64,000 bases of DNA from Camelus ferus (GCF_009834535.1 NC_045696.1:41046001-41110000); one strand, 5' to 3'; shown: positions 1 to 12,930, counted from the first letter of the stretch. The notes: a model not told the origin generated them from the sequence alone. Made by a program: numbers and translations.

Positions 1-1379
1 CAGGGAGGAGGCAGGAGGGAAGGAGACCTCAATTCAATCAGACCTCTCATTTTCTTGTACAGGAGTCAGAGCATTTCCCATGGAGCCTAGTGAGCCTGAA
101 AACTCTCCCCTTTTTCTTGTCTGAATTTGAATTTAAGGGAGGCTGGAGTTTAGATGCCTACCTCTGTCTCATTTTCCTCCTTACACAATTTCTCTTTCTC
201 CCTACAAGGTAGATGCAAAAGAAAAGCTAGCATTGGACTAATTTTTTTCATTAATTTATCTCTTAAATGGGGCACCTGAGGATTTTTCTTCACTCCACTT
301 GTAAAATCAATGGATTTATTGCAAAGAGCATGCAAAATACTATGATGAAGCCAAAGAAACAGCTCATTTGAATGAATGTTTGCATTGACATTCTGTCATG
401 TAAGGGTAGACCTGTGTAAAAGGATGATTTTTCACAACAGATTCTAAAGATCAGAGAGATTTTGCTTTCTAGGAGGTTGGAGAGAAGGCACTGCACATTA
501 GGCTACTTGTTGGATGGGATTGCATTTCCTACCCAGAAATGGAACTTGGAAGGTTCGTTTTACAGTGTTCTGTGAGGGTGAATGCCCTTTACCTCACCCT
601 CAAAGTGGGACCTCACATATTTGGTTGTTGGGGGTGAATATTTGGGATCAGATGATATAAAGAAACTTAAAAAATGGAGCAGTTAGTGGTAGGTTCTAAC
701 AATTCACAGAAGAAAATAAGGCCAGAAGACAGTAGTAGCATGTGAGTTGGCTTAAGAGTAGGTATCACTTTAATTCATTTATCAAACATTTTTTAATGCA
801 AGCTTGGTGCTTGGATGAGTAAGGAAGTCCTGGGTGGTGAGAAGAGATTGGGAGTAAATGTACAAGAAAAGTGCTATGGTAAAGGCATGTGCAGGTGCAG
901 TGAAGCCAGAGAGGGTGTAGTCAAAGTCAGACTAGAAGTTCAAGATCGAGGGAAGAGTCACCTCCAAGGCCAGGCCCTTTCGGCTTTAGCTTCTTCCTGT
1001 GAACCTCGGATTTCTCAGGATAGCCTTGATTTCCCATATGCTGTACTGTCACCAAGATCCTGTGACCAAACCAGACCAAACCAAAACAAAGCACAACAAA
1101 AAAAATGGGTCTCTTTCATTTCTTTTGATGTGGCTCCTCTATTTCTTTTTAATCCTTCTCAACTTTCTTTTTTTCTCATTTTTCAGTTTTACTAGGTAGA
1201 ATTGTTACAGTTTGACTACACATATACAATATATTTCAGGTAAATCCATATACACAATATACTGCACATATTTTTGAAATTTATATGTATGTACTGTTAA
1301 TTATTTCTAAGAATGTTTAGAACTTTAGCTTTTTAAACTTCATAATTATCAAAGGAATAAAGCCAATTGCAAAATAAGA

Positions 1380-1910
1380 ATTAATTCAAAAAGATACATA
1401 CACCTTGCTATTAACAGCAACATTATTTATAATTGCCAAGATATGGAAGCATCCTAAGTGCACATCAATAGATGAATGGATAAAGAAGATGCAGCATATA
1501 CATGTAATGGCATACAACTCACTCATAAGAAAGAAGGATATTTTGCTATTTGCAGCCTTTCATTCACTTTTTCCACTTCAAAAACTGGAATTTTATAACT
1601 GGCATAAACATTTCCACGGCATCAAGAAGAACAAAATACCTAGAGATAAACTTAACCAAGGAGGTTACCTATATTCTGAAAACTAAAACATTGATGAAGG
1701 AAATTGAAGATGATACAAAGAAATGGAAAGGTATGCTGTACTTTTGGATTGGAAGAATCAACATGATCAAAATGGCTGTACTACCCAAAGCAATCTACAG
1801 ATCCAGTGCAACCCCTGTCAAAGTACTCACAATGTTTTTCACAGAACTGGAACAAACAATTCCAAAATTTATATGGAACCATAAAAGACCCTTAACTGCC
1901 AAAGCAATCT
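1380..1910 (+). mobile_element. Two L1 ORF2 fragments (C-terminal piece ~1380-1555; post-RT piece ~1605-1910)
   Basis: Translations TATLFIIAKIWKHPKCTSIDEWIKKM and [15 protein letters not shown]...[19 protein letters not shown] are diagnostic L1 ORF2 peptides. Confidence 0.85.
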
Positions 1911-1959
1911 TTTCTAGGTCTTTTTTTTTTTTCCTCCTCTTTCTTCTTTTTGTTCTCTT

Positions 1960-3910
1960 TCCTTACAGTTTGATGACTAGAGAAATTCCTTAAACATTTG
2001 TTTTAAAGCTGGTTAGGTGGTGCTGAATTCTTTTAGCTTTTGTTTATCTGTGAAGCTTTTGATTTTTCCATCAAATCTGAATGAGAGCCTTGCTGGATAG
2101 AGTATCCTTGGTTGTAGGTTTTTCCCTTTCATCACTTTAAATATATCTTGCCACTCTCTTCTGGCCATAAGGTTATCAGCTGAAAAATGGGAGTTCCCTT
2201 GTATGTTTTTTGTTGCTTTTCTCTTGCTAATTTTAATATTTTCTCCTTGTCCTTAATTTTTGTCAATTTGATGACTATGTGCCTTGATATGTTCCTCTTT
2301 GGGCTGATTCTGTGTGGAACTCTCTGTGCTTCCGGGACTTGAGTCACTGTTTCCTTTCCCAAGTTGGGGAAGTTTGTGGTTATTATCTCTAAAAATTTTC
2401 TCAGATTCTTTCTCTCTTCTCTTTCTGGAACCCTTATAATGTGAATATTAGTGCTTTTCATGTTGTCCCAGGTTCTCTATTCTCATTTCTTTTCATTCTT
2501 CTTTTTTTTTTTTTCTGTTCTGTGGTAGTGATTTCCACTAATCTGTCTTCTAGCTCATTGATCTGTTCTTCTGCCTCATTTAGTCTATTCTTGGTTCCTT
2601 TTAGTATGTTATTTATTTCAGTGATTTTATTCTTTAACTCAATTTGGATATTTTTTATATTTCCCAACTCTTTGCTAAAAACTTCACTCTGTGCATCTAT
2701 ACGCCTCTTGATTTGTCTGAACATCTTGGCCATCATTACTTTAAACTCTTTTTCAGATAAATTACTTATCTCCTCATCACTTATTTCTTTGTCTGGGATT
2801 TTATCTTGTGCCTTGGCCTGGAGATACTCCTCTGCCACTCATATTGTTTACCTTTCTCTTTGTATTTTTAGGTAGCTTAGTTACGTGTCTCGACCTTGGA
2901 GAGGTGGCCCTTTGTGGGAGACATCCTGTGTGTCCCAGCAGTACACTCCTCTCTTGTCACCCAAGGGCTAGGGTCCAGCTGGTCCCAGTGTAGAGTCTGG
3001 CCTGTGTTTAGGGATTCCTTCCACAGGCTTTGGGGTTGTTGTTTTCTTATTTCTAGTACCTGCCCCTGGTGGATGAGGCTGGACTAGAGGCTTATGCAGG
3101 GTTCCTAGCGGAAGGAGCCGGTGCTTGCCTGCTGTTGGGTGAAGCTTGGTCCTGAACCTCTGGTGGGTAGGGCCATGTCTAGAGGCCTTTGTGGCTTAGG
3201 AGTCTGCTGATGGGTGGGATTGTATGTTGTTTGGTCTGAAGCTTCTCTATAGGCTGTTGGGTGAGGCTAGGTCTTGGTGCTAATGATCCAATCAAGATGT
3301 CAACCTCCAGGAAAGCTCATGTAGATGAACACGTCGGGAATGTCTGCCACCAACTTTTATGTCACCTGGGTGAGCCGCAGCCATCCCTGTGTCCCCAGGA
3401 GACCCTCCAAATCCAGCAGGCAGGCCTGGCCCAGGTTCATATGAAATCACTGCCTCTGCCTTTGGACCTGGTGCACTTGAGATTCTATGTATGCTTCCCA
3501 AGAGAATGAAGTCTCTGTTTCCCCCAGTCCCGTGGGGCTCCTGGAGCTAAGCCCCCGTGGCCTTCAAAACCAGATGTCCTGGGGAGTCCTCCTCCTCCCA
3601 ATGCCAGAACCCCAGGCAGGGGAGCCTGACATGGGGCTTAGAGCTCTCACTCCTGTGGGAGGGCTTCTGCGACTTAATTATTCTTCAACTTGTGGGTCGC
3701 CCACCCAGGGGGTATGGACCCAATTATATCACAAGCACGCTCCTCCTACCATCCTGCTGTAGTTCCCTCTTTATGTTTCCATTTGAAGACAATCTTCTTG
3801 CTAGGTTCCAGCCCTTTATTTGTTGGTTGTCTAGCAGTCAGCTGTGGTTTTGTTGTAGTCGCGAAGAGAGGCGAGCTTGTGGTCCTTCCACTCCTCTATC
3901 TTGACTGGAA
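1960..3910 (-). mobile_element. L1 5' portion: 5'UTR plus frameshifted ORF1
   Basis: Minus ORFs 2458-2838 (coiled coil, RLNEAEEQINELEDR) and 2132-2461 (NIHIIRVPE...RHIVIKLTKIKDKEKILK) are L1 ORF1p. A GC-richer 5'UTR follows up to a 5' terminus reading ttccagtcaagatagaggagtggaagg on the minus strand. Confidence 0.9.
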
Positions 3911-5233
3911 AAAATCAAGGCGAGTTACTTTAAAAGGAATAATTATCTGTTATATTTGATTTGTGTTGGTTTTGTAGTTTTTTGCTTATATTTAATTTGT
4001 AAATTGGTTTTATTTTTATAGTAGTCCAAATATATATTTTTACTATTTAAGAATGTTTACAATCAAAACAATTGAAGTCAACAAACTGGCTCTAAAAAAT
4101 TTGTTTTTCCTTTTAAAATGTCTGCACATTACTCAAGTTTGAGAAACACTGCTTTATCCCATTCTGGCTTTCCTAGGGCTATTAGCTAATCCCACCTTCA
4201 GTGTAATTTGTCTGGTTAAGGAGTGACCTTCTGCTAAGGGTATTTGGAGTCTAATGGTGTGTATCTAAATACCAGTGCCCTGAAACTCTCAAGGAAAAAG
4301 AGCTTTATTGGGGAGAGGGTGTTTCACGGCCTCCTACCCTACCTGACATCATCTTAAACCACAAAATGGAGGCACTGCCTCCTTGTGTATCTTTCACTGG
4401 TGCCTTGTGAAGTCTGGTAAATGGAGAACCTTAGACCAGACCTACACATTACCAAAACAAATCTTTGGAAAGATAAGCAGCAAAACAAAAACCATCTAAA
4501 GCAGCCTTCTTCAACTTAAATGTGCTGATGAGTTATCTAAGGATATTGTTATGTAGATAACAATAATAATTGTTGAAGATAATTAAATGTGGATAATTTA
4601 AGTGCAGATTCTGACTTAGTAGGTAGGGGTGAGGCCTGAGAAGCTGCATTTCTAACATCCTCAGATGATGCTGTGTGCCCATTGAAAACTATTTTGTTGT
4701 TATGTCACAGTAATTTTACTTGATTTTTCCTTGGATAATACATATAAAGCTATCAATACAGTGTTTGTTATAGGGCCAACATTTAATACATGTTAATGAT
4801 TCTTGTTATAGTTGTTGCAGTTGGCCTTGGAGGCATAGAGAAAGGTAGAAATAATGTGCTATAGGATAGGGGTTTAGAAATGGGTAGACTTGAACAAGAT
4901 CCCAGTTTTGCCATTTACCAATTACCATTTACCAATTATTTGACTTGGACAAGTTAGCTAGCCTTTCAAGTCTCTGACCTGTCAAATGTAAAATGGGGGG
5001 AAAATACTACCTCATGGAATTGAGAGGATTCTACATAGCTTATAGAGTGGTGGGTGCTCAAAAAATATCATTTTTTTTTCTCTTGTCTTCCTTGGTCATA
5101 GGCTTGGCATTGAATCTTGGTTCTGTCACAACAATTAGTGTTGCAGTGGGTGAGGCCGACTCAGCTTAGGTACCAGGCATAAGAGAGGGCTTTCAACTCG
5201 AGCTACCAAGAATCATCTGGGGAGCTTACAAAC

Positions 5234-5733
5234 TGTCCCCCTAAAGGAAAACACACAACATGAGAGTTGTGAGTTTAAGTGTTGCTCAGGGTCTTACTGA
5301 GGACAATAGCCAGGGAAACAGCCTCTCAGTAGCTCTGAGGAACTCCTCCAAAGAGGTAGGGGAGGAGCCAGTATATACGAATTTTTTTTTTGGCTGGGAA
5401 AAACATGTAGTCAAGCATTCATCTTGGTAAAAGATTACTGCTTGTCACAAAGAACAGAAATCTCAGGTTGATGTTTTTAGTGCTTTTCTATGTGTGGCAA
5501 GATGCAAGAATCTCAAATCATTGCAATTCTTCCTGAGATAATCATCTTAACTATCTCAGGGTTCATTTATCCAAAGCACTGGAATGCCTCATCCTGTTTT
5601 TCAGTCCAAATTCCCCTCAGGGTGCACTTTTGGTGGGTGACTGCCATGGTTGTGATTTAACCCTTGTATAACTGGATGGTGAGTGACATTCTTTTCTTCT
5701 CCCTCTCCTCCTCCTCCTTATTCTTTGTTCACA
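5234..5733 (-). mobile_element. Solo ERV1-type LTR (MER41-like) inserted into a MER5-type DNA transposon
   Basis: TG...CA ends and similarity to the LTR at 60157. MER5-like sequence lies on both sides (~5185-5233 and ~5813-5950). Left flank aaac; the right flank has expanded into an A/GAAA tract. Confidence 0.7.
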
Positions 5734-5812
5734 AAAAAAAAAAAAAAAAAAAGAAAGAAAGAAAGAAAAGAAAAGAAAGAAAGAAAGGAAGGAAGGAAGG
5801 AAGAAAGAAAGA
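5734..5812. repeat. Poly(A)/(GAAA)n/(GGAA)n microsatellite
   Basis: Directly visible. Confidence 0.95.
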
Positions 5813-6302
5813 TAAATTCCCAGGCCTCACTTGCAAAGATTCTGATTTAACTGGTCTGGGTAGGGACAAGGAAGGTAGGATCGGACACAGTAAGGATTTT
5901 TATGGCTCCTCAGTTGTTTTGCAGGGGCAGCCAGACTGAGACCCACTGCCCTGGTGGGCAGCTAAACCTCAATCACTGTCCTTGGCTTCTAGCATTCCTC
6001 CCCTTTGCACAGTCCACCACAACTTTCCCACCCCCAGCTCCAGCCTTTCTGATTGTTTCTTCTCACTCATCTCAGCATGAGGAGACCTGTGACGCTGCTC
6101 CCAGTGCTGCCCTTTCTGGGCACATCAGGATGAGCACTCCTGGAGCCCATTCCAGCCAGGCAGGGCAGCACAGACCATGCTGGTAGAGAGCCTCCCAGTC
6201 TCACTTTTCATACCCGAGACACACAGACGTTGTTTTGGGTTCCTGCCCAAGGAGGAATGAGATACCCCTCTGGAGAGATTTGAGGCATTTAAAACAAATA
6301 CA

Positions 6303-6494
6303 TCTTCTTGTAGTAACTTATGGTGAAAAAGAATATCAAAATGAATATATGCATGTTCATGTATGACTAAAGTATTCTGCTGTTCACCAGAAATTGACAT
6401 AACATTGTAAACTGACCATGTTTCAATAAAAAAGTGTATATATATATGTATGTGTGTGTATATATATATATATGTGTGTATATACATACACATT
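6303..6494 (+). mobile_element. 5'-truncated young camelid-type L1 3' end; tail decayed to (TA)n/(TG)n
   Basis: Contains ccagaaattgacataacattgtaaactgac...tcaataaaaaa, shared with other copies in the window. TSD aaacaaataca at 6292-6302 and 6495-6505. Confidence 0.85.
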
Positions 6495-7099
6495 AAACAA
6501 ATACAACCTATAACATTTATGTGGTATTCACTGTGTGGCAAGAACTTGACTTATATTCTGTCAGCTTCTCCTCAGCTTCATAAGGTGGTTCTATTAATAC
6601 CATCATTCCCATTTTGTAGAAGAAGAAATTGAGGCAAAGTTAAATAACATGCCTCAGGTTAAGCACATAGTGTAGAGGTGGACTTTGGGGACAAGCAGTC
6701 TGATTGCAGAATCTGGGTTCTTAATTACCTAGGTGGAATTAAAAAATGCTGATGCCTGGGCAGCTTACCCAGACTAACTGGAGCAGAATCTCTTGGAATT
6801 GGGGTCCAGGCATGAGTTATTTTTTATGAGCTCTTCAGAGGAGCCAGGACTGAGAAGTGGACGACACTAAGCCCTTGAGTCTCCCTCAGTGACTTGGAGC
6901 CTGAGAGTCTGAAGATGGCTCCTTCTATACCTGTTCTCTTCTTCCCACTGTCAGTGATTTTCAAAGTTTTTATTTTTATGATTGTCAGAGGCCCTCCTTC
7001 CAACTGGCACTTCTAAGGGGGTCTGGTAAGATGAAGAATGGTCCCCAAAAGATGGCCATGATCCAATCTCCAGAAACTGAGAATGTGTTACCTTACAGG

Positions 7100-10000
7100 T
7101 GTAGAAGAGGCAAAACTTGACCTTCACAAAGTTTAGGTTTTCAACTGGGACTTTTAAATGAAAGGAAAGATTAACAGGAGGAAAAATTAATGTGTTTTTG
7201 TTTTTGTTTTTAACACATGCAGTGCATATTATGCCAAAGAAACCTCAGTGAAAAGTAAGTCAAAGCAGCAGCTTAGAATTCTGGTTTATATAGCATCTTC
7301 ATCAAAGAATGATACATTTGAAGAGAAATGGAAGGACAAAGAAAACAGGGTAAGCGTCCAAGGGCAGCAAACGCGGAGGTTAAACATATGGAAGGGAACT
7401 AATGGGGAAAGTTTGCTTGCAGATTCCTCGTGCCACCTCTGGGCTAATAAGAATCTGTCTCCAGTGAAAGAAGAATGTACATCCTGCCTTTAGATAGAAA
7501 CAGAGAAGGTACAGAGAGCTTTTCCTGTATTTCCTGCTTTTTAATTGCCTGCAGCTCAAAATAATTTTTATGTCAAAGAGGCATGTTTTGGGAGTGACAT
7601 AATCTGGTTTCCTTTAGTTCCCAGTTGGAAGTGATTTTTAGAAAGTGTCACATATTAAAAGCTGAGTTGGTGGCTGTGGAGAGATTTGAGTTAGAAGCTG
7701 CGAGATAGGAGCTCAGCAAAAGGGGAGGAAAACATAATTGGAACAAGCAGAAAAGGATGAATTTAAGTACATGTCCCCTATCTGATTGAATCAGCCTTTA
7801 ATCTGGGACTAGGTCAAGCTAGTTCAACAGTTGGGTCTCATTCCAGGTGTTGTTGTGGATGGGTTTCCGCCTACGTTAAGCTACTATGTGGTACTTATAA
7901 TCAAGGATTTGATAAGAGGCATTTCTATGGAAACAGAAGAAAAACAAAGTTAATAGGTTGGAGCAGACTCTAAATCAGGTTTTGAATTCAGATGGCACTC
8001 AGCCAAGAAGATTTGTAGATATTGGGCTCAAAGGATCTGTAGCAGTGCGAAAGTCTCTGGCAATGTTATCAGATGTTCCAGTGAACGTTCTGAGTGGCCC
8101 TCACGGCAACAGGCACAAGAGTTGTCCATACGTGAGCTGTCGTGGGTTTCCTGTTTATGTCAGGGTCCAGCTTCAGCTTACAAGGCTTTGGGGAAAAGGG
8201 CAGTTTTATTTCTCAGTGATTCCAAGTCAGAAGAGTGGGAGAAAAATTGGAAATGTTAGTTTGGAGAGTTGTAGTCAGATACTGGAGGAAGCTGGAAGGA
8301 TTCGGGATCCCCTCCAGTTCACAGATAAATAACAAATATTTAATTGAAACAAAACAAAGATAATCACAGTGAGACTAATTCGTTTACAAAATTAGCCTAG
8401 TCTCATTAAACTTGGTCTGATTTTTTTACATAAATGCAACAAGAATGGTGATTGATCATGTAAGCTCTTTTAAATCTGTTTTGCTAGAATTTTCATTAAA
8501 AAATGTGAGATTATTCTGGAAGCCACACCTAAGACTCACTTGTAATGCCTATACATTGAGTAAATTCCTCTTTTTCTTGAGATCTCCAAAATCATGAGAC
8601 TCTAGGTCTGCCAGGAAGTGACCTTCCACACTCATCAGTAAAGCTGGCAACCCTATAAACCAGAGACCAGATTGTCTTTTTGAAGGGAGGCTTTATTGGC
8701 TCCATAAAGTCAACCTTAGTTCCTTAAAACTGTTGGGTCATATCTGAGTCCATGCACATTATTCTCAAATGTAACATTCCAGTCAATCTTGGTAATAAAA
8801 CCAGTATTTCCCACTGTGTCCTGTTATAAGGAAAACAGATTCTCACTGGATTTATGCAAATAACTAGATTGCATGAAAATAATACTCAGTAAGAGCTTCT
8901 GCATTCTTAAGGGATCAGGTAGGGAGAAAATTCTGTTTACAAAGTTATAATTTACCAAATTGCTGTGAGTTATAGACGGCTCAATAGAAAATAGAAAAAA
9001 TTCTTTCTTAAATCTGGAAAAATGTAACCTTAACAAACCAGCAATGTTTCAAAGAAAAAGTCATAAAAATTATAGTCATTCTCATCAGTTGAGATCTGAT
9101 GAGAGTTTGTTATAATATAATAATTGACAATGAAATTTGGTTATTTCTGTGACATACAACATTTTAAGGTGATAACTGGAATTATGACTGATAACATCAT
9201 ACTAGGGCATGTCAAATTTATATGATTTCTGACTATTTATAACAGTAACATATACCCGTACAAATATAACTTAGAGAAGGTTTAGCATTACTTCTTATTC
9301 CCATGTAATTTAACAAACCAAATAAGCATAATTAATTTAACATTTCTCTTTGTATAAGCAGAGAGAACAAATCCTTTGAAAATTTCCAGGTGCCTCTGGA
9401 AAATCCCAAAGTTGTTTCCAAATAAAATAGACTTCATTTAGAATTTGATTTTGAGAAACTTGTAAAAAATGTCAAAAGGTTTCAAACACTTGATTTAATC
9501 AGATCACAGATCACTATGAAGTAATAGTTATCTATCCAACCAAAGTGACAATGAAAAGATTTCAAAGGCAAATACAGGAAGTTACATGTTGTAAAACAAA
9601 AACAAAAACAAAACAAAAACAAAAACAAAAACAAAAACCTTAGGTCTTTTAATATTGAGAAGACTCAGTTTTTCTTCAGTGATTGAAAACCTGATAAAGA
9701 CAGCACGAAGCACAGGAAATATTTTGATAAGACAGATTTTTTCTAGGCAGATTTCCTAAAAGGTAAGAAATTATTATTAAGGGCAGACCAATAATCCAAA
9801 GAGACTTTGTCCTCTTAACAGAGAAAGAAAATTAAATTTTAGTTTTACTTAAGCACACTTTTGATATTAAATCTTGTAATAAACTCATTCAATTTTAGCC
9901 AACTTGACTACACAGGATTTTCTTTCTCCCTCTTTCTATTCCAAACTTCCTACATCTATCTAGTTTTTATCCTTTATTTTCTCTCTCTTGCTCTTCTTTA

Positions 10001-11740
10001 TTATTCTGAAACAAAGGCCTGGTTACAGAGTAAAGAACAATAAAACAGCCTTGTTTTATATTCTTGGGACCTTGCTAAAACCAGTTTCTAGATTCCAATA
10101 TGACACTTGTTTAAAATGAAGGCTCTCTAAAATATCCTTTTAGATATAAAAGTCCAAATCTTTAAAGGTGTACCTATTGTAATGTGACTGTAACTAAATG
10201 AATAAGCCTTTAAAGGGCTTAAAACCAATAAATCTTCTATGGCTTAACCATGGACACAAGAAGTGTCCCCAAAGAGGGTACAAAAGATGCAGTTCCCTCT
10301 CGAGATCCAAAGTTTCTTCCCAAAGATTCTCTAAGAAAGTGAAGACCTTTGTTATGATAGAGTGAAGAAGCTGTGAGTTCTCACAGAGCGAGATGCCTGA
10401 AATTGCCTTAATCTGTGTTACCCAAGGGGTTACACTGAAAATTTCCCAGCACAAATAGGACAAGTAAGGGAGAGATGACGAAGGCCCTTTTATGGCTTCC
10501 TTATGACAAACACCACAAAAGACAGAGACCAGGAAAATAATGACTATTCTTCAGAGGCTGTGGGTACCCCAAACCAAATCCACAGAGTCACAATTCAAAG
10601 AATGAATGTTTACAGATATTTCTTTGGAAAAACATTTGGAAGGAAAGGGATAGGGAAATTTTTACCTTCTCATCCAGGCATTCCAGAGAAATCTGAGAGA
10701 GCTGACTTTGATAAGAATTCTTTTCATCGCTGGCTTTTTGTCCCAGGGTGCCATGTGTAGGGTCCAGAGAGAGCAGGGCATCCCAACTGACCCCATATGG
10801 GTCACCAGAAACGAGGCTAGGCAAAACTTTACTCCTATTAGGTTTTCAGCTGGGACTCTGTGACAAAAGACAGATTAACAAGAGAAAAACAGTTTGTTAA
10901 CTCATATATTGCATATCATGTGGGAGAAACCTCAGTGAAAAGTAATTCAGAGTAGCAGCTTAGAACTGCCGGCTTATAGAGCATCTTAAATGAAGAACAA
11001 TAAACGTGTAGAGATGTTACGGAAACGACAGGCCAGCCAAGAAACAAGCACCACTCGGAGGGTTGGAGTACTCAGATGTAGTATGCCGGTGGGCTCAGAG
11101 GGGCTTCTGCTCTGAAGCTCTGAGCACCTCCAAGATGTGCACGTGAGGTTTTATACAGTAAAGTACAAGCTTGGGGTATTCAGCCAATAGGCATGGAACA
11201 GCTTTAGCAGCATCATTATCACAAAAGTGGAGTCAGGGGAGGCAGCAAACCAACATTCCAAAGCCAGATATATCTCTTTGAAAACCCAGCTGGCTAGCAA
11301 AAAAACATGAACAGCAAACCAATACTAATTAACTTAGATTTACAAGTTAGTCCAGCAGAACTCAGATCAGTATTCCGATACTTAGATTTGTGTGTTATCT
11401 TGTTAGCCCAGCCAAGCTTTTCTTTCACATTCTTAGACTTGTGAGTTATCTTGTTAGACCAGCCCAGCTTTTCCTTCACAGGGAAATGACAGGACAAAGA
11501 GAGGTAGTTCAGGCTTCCGAGGGTGGCATACTGTGGGGAGAACACGTAGGAGGGAACTAGTGGCTAAGGTTTGTTGGCAGATTCCCCTGGTGCCATCTCT
11601 GGGCTGATAAGAATCTGTCTCCAGTAGAAGGAGACAGAAACTGAGAGGATGGAGAGAGCTTCCCCTGAGTTTGCTGCTTCTTAATCACCTTCAGCTCAAA
11701 ATATTTTTTCTGTTGGAGTGACATATTTGGCTTTCTTTCA
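7100..11740 (-). mobile_element. Non-autonomous ERV1 (MER4-group-like) provirus with two LTRs (~7100-7616 and ~10812-11740) and ~3.2 kb non-coding internal region
   Basis: The two LTRs align (ggcaaaactt...ggttttca.ctgggact; aaacctcagtgaaaagtaa; ctgggct.ataagaatctgtctccagt; cagctcaaaata). 4-bp TSD cagg/catg. PBS-like sequence at 10790-10807. The internal segment near 8600-8900 resembles MER4-group internal sequence. No gag/pol/env ORF. Confidence 0.8.
11015..11480 (-). mobile_element. Younger solo LTR inserted into the provirus 5' LTR
   Basis: tgttac...ttcaca ends and 4-bp TSD gaga/ggga. Removing it restores colinearity with the other proviral LTR. Minus-strand TATAAAA near 11149-11155; several CpGs retained. 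Confidence 0.8.
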
Positions 11741-12024
11741 CATGGTAAAAGAGATTTGAAGATTTGATTAAAGTTAAGGATTTGGCGATGAGGAGATTAC
11801 ACTGGATTATCCGGGCCAACCCAATGTAATTGTAAGGGTCCTTATAAGAGGGAGGCAGGATAATCAAAGTCAATTGCAACAATAAGTACTTTATCTTTCT
11901 GGAAAAAGTGCACCTAATCTTGTTTAGACTTATTTTGATATAATAGTTAACAGCTAAACTCGTTAACATTTCTCTTTTCCCAAAGAGAAAAGGAAGACTT
12001 CTTTTTATGTCAAAGGGATTTGAC

Positions 12025-12265
12025 CCAGGGTCTTCTAAACCAGGACTTCTTAGTTGGGGAAGGGGATATGATTTTGCCCCTCAGGGGACCTTTATCAATA
12101 TTTGTAGATATCTTTGATTGTCACAACAGGAGAAAAGTGCTGGCAGAATCTAGTAGGCAGAGGCCAGAGATGTTGCTAAACATTTTAGAAAGCTCAGGTC
12201 AGCCTCACACAACATGAATTATCAGGTCCAAAATGTCAATAGTGCCCCTGTTGAGAAATTCTACT
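12025..12265. mobile_element. MER20 hAT-Charlie MITE
   Basis: gattttgcccctcaggggac...gattgtcacaac...gaggccagagatgttgctaaacat...ccaaaatgtcaatagtgcc...gttgagaaa matches the MER20 consensus as I recall it. Confidence 0.75.
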
Positions 12266-12828
12266 CTGGACCTGTGTTTCCAGTTTTTAATGTGCATGTG
12301 AGTCACCTGGGGATCTGGCAAAAATGAGGATTCTGATTCCACCTCATGTCCCCGCAGTAGAACTGGGCTACCGAGGGTTCTCTGTAGATAGGCATCTAGG
12401 TGTCACTAGAGCTCTTGACAATAGCAACTACTCTAGAAGGTGTGATGAAAATGAATGTGTCAACACTGTAGTTTCAGGTGGTCACTGAACTTTCTATGTT
12501 GCTTAGGAGTCTGGGCCACTGGGTGCCTGCACCTCTGCTCTGAACCAGAGTGACGTAGCTTCCCCTTCTGGGCAGGGAGTAGGGAATGGAATACTGAGTT
12601 TGGAAGTCACGTTTTTGTGGAAACAGTTTATCTAGACTGATGAATATTCTGCATCTTCCCTGGGCCCTCCAAGGGATTCAAGTTGGCTCTGAGGCAGGGT
12701 TAACAGAGTGAGATTTGTATGTCACCAGAATGAGTTTTTGAAGAACTTGGAGGAGTCTCCCTTTCTGGACATCTTTAAAAATTCCTGTATTCTGGAAGGG
12801 TTTAAGGGTTCTGATGCATATCTCTGTT

Positions 12829-12930
12829 TTCTCTTTCTTTCTCTCTTTCTTTCTCTTTCTTTCTCTCTTTCTTTCTCTCTTTCTTTCCTTCTTTCCTTCT
12901 TTCCTTCTTTCTTTCCTTCCTTCCTTCCTT

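Larger units (their letters stand above)
7020..11865 (+). mobile_element. MLT1D-like MaLR LTR split by the ERV provirus (pieces ~7020-7099 and 11741-~11865)
   Basis: gaatgtgttaccttaca resumes at catggtaaaagagatttg...ggattatccggg...ccttataagagggaggcag, which is contiguous in the MLT1D consensus as I recall it. Confidence 0.75.

Noticed and set aside
2132..2838. L1 ORF1-like ORFs as a domesticated gene (L1TD1-like)
   Set aside because: They are frameshifted at a poly(T) run and interrupted by stops, and they sit inside an ordinary L1 5' fragment.
5234..5733. MER41-like LTRs (also at 60157) as interferon-inducible STAT1 enhancers
   Set aside because: I could not find an intact TTCnnnGAA GAS site in these copies, and the family assignment is only from memory.
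7617..10790. gag/pol/env or a captured env (syncytin-like) gene in the provirus
   Set aside because: No long ORF and no recognisable retroviral protein motif in any frame.
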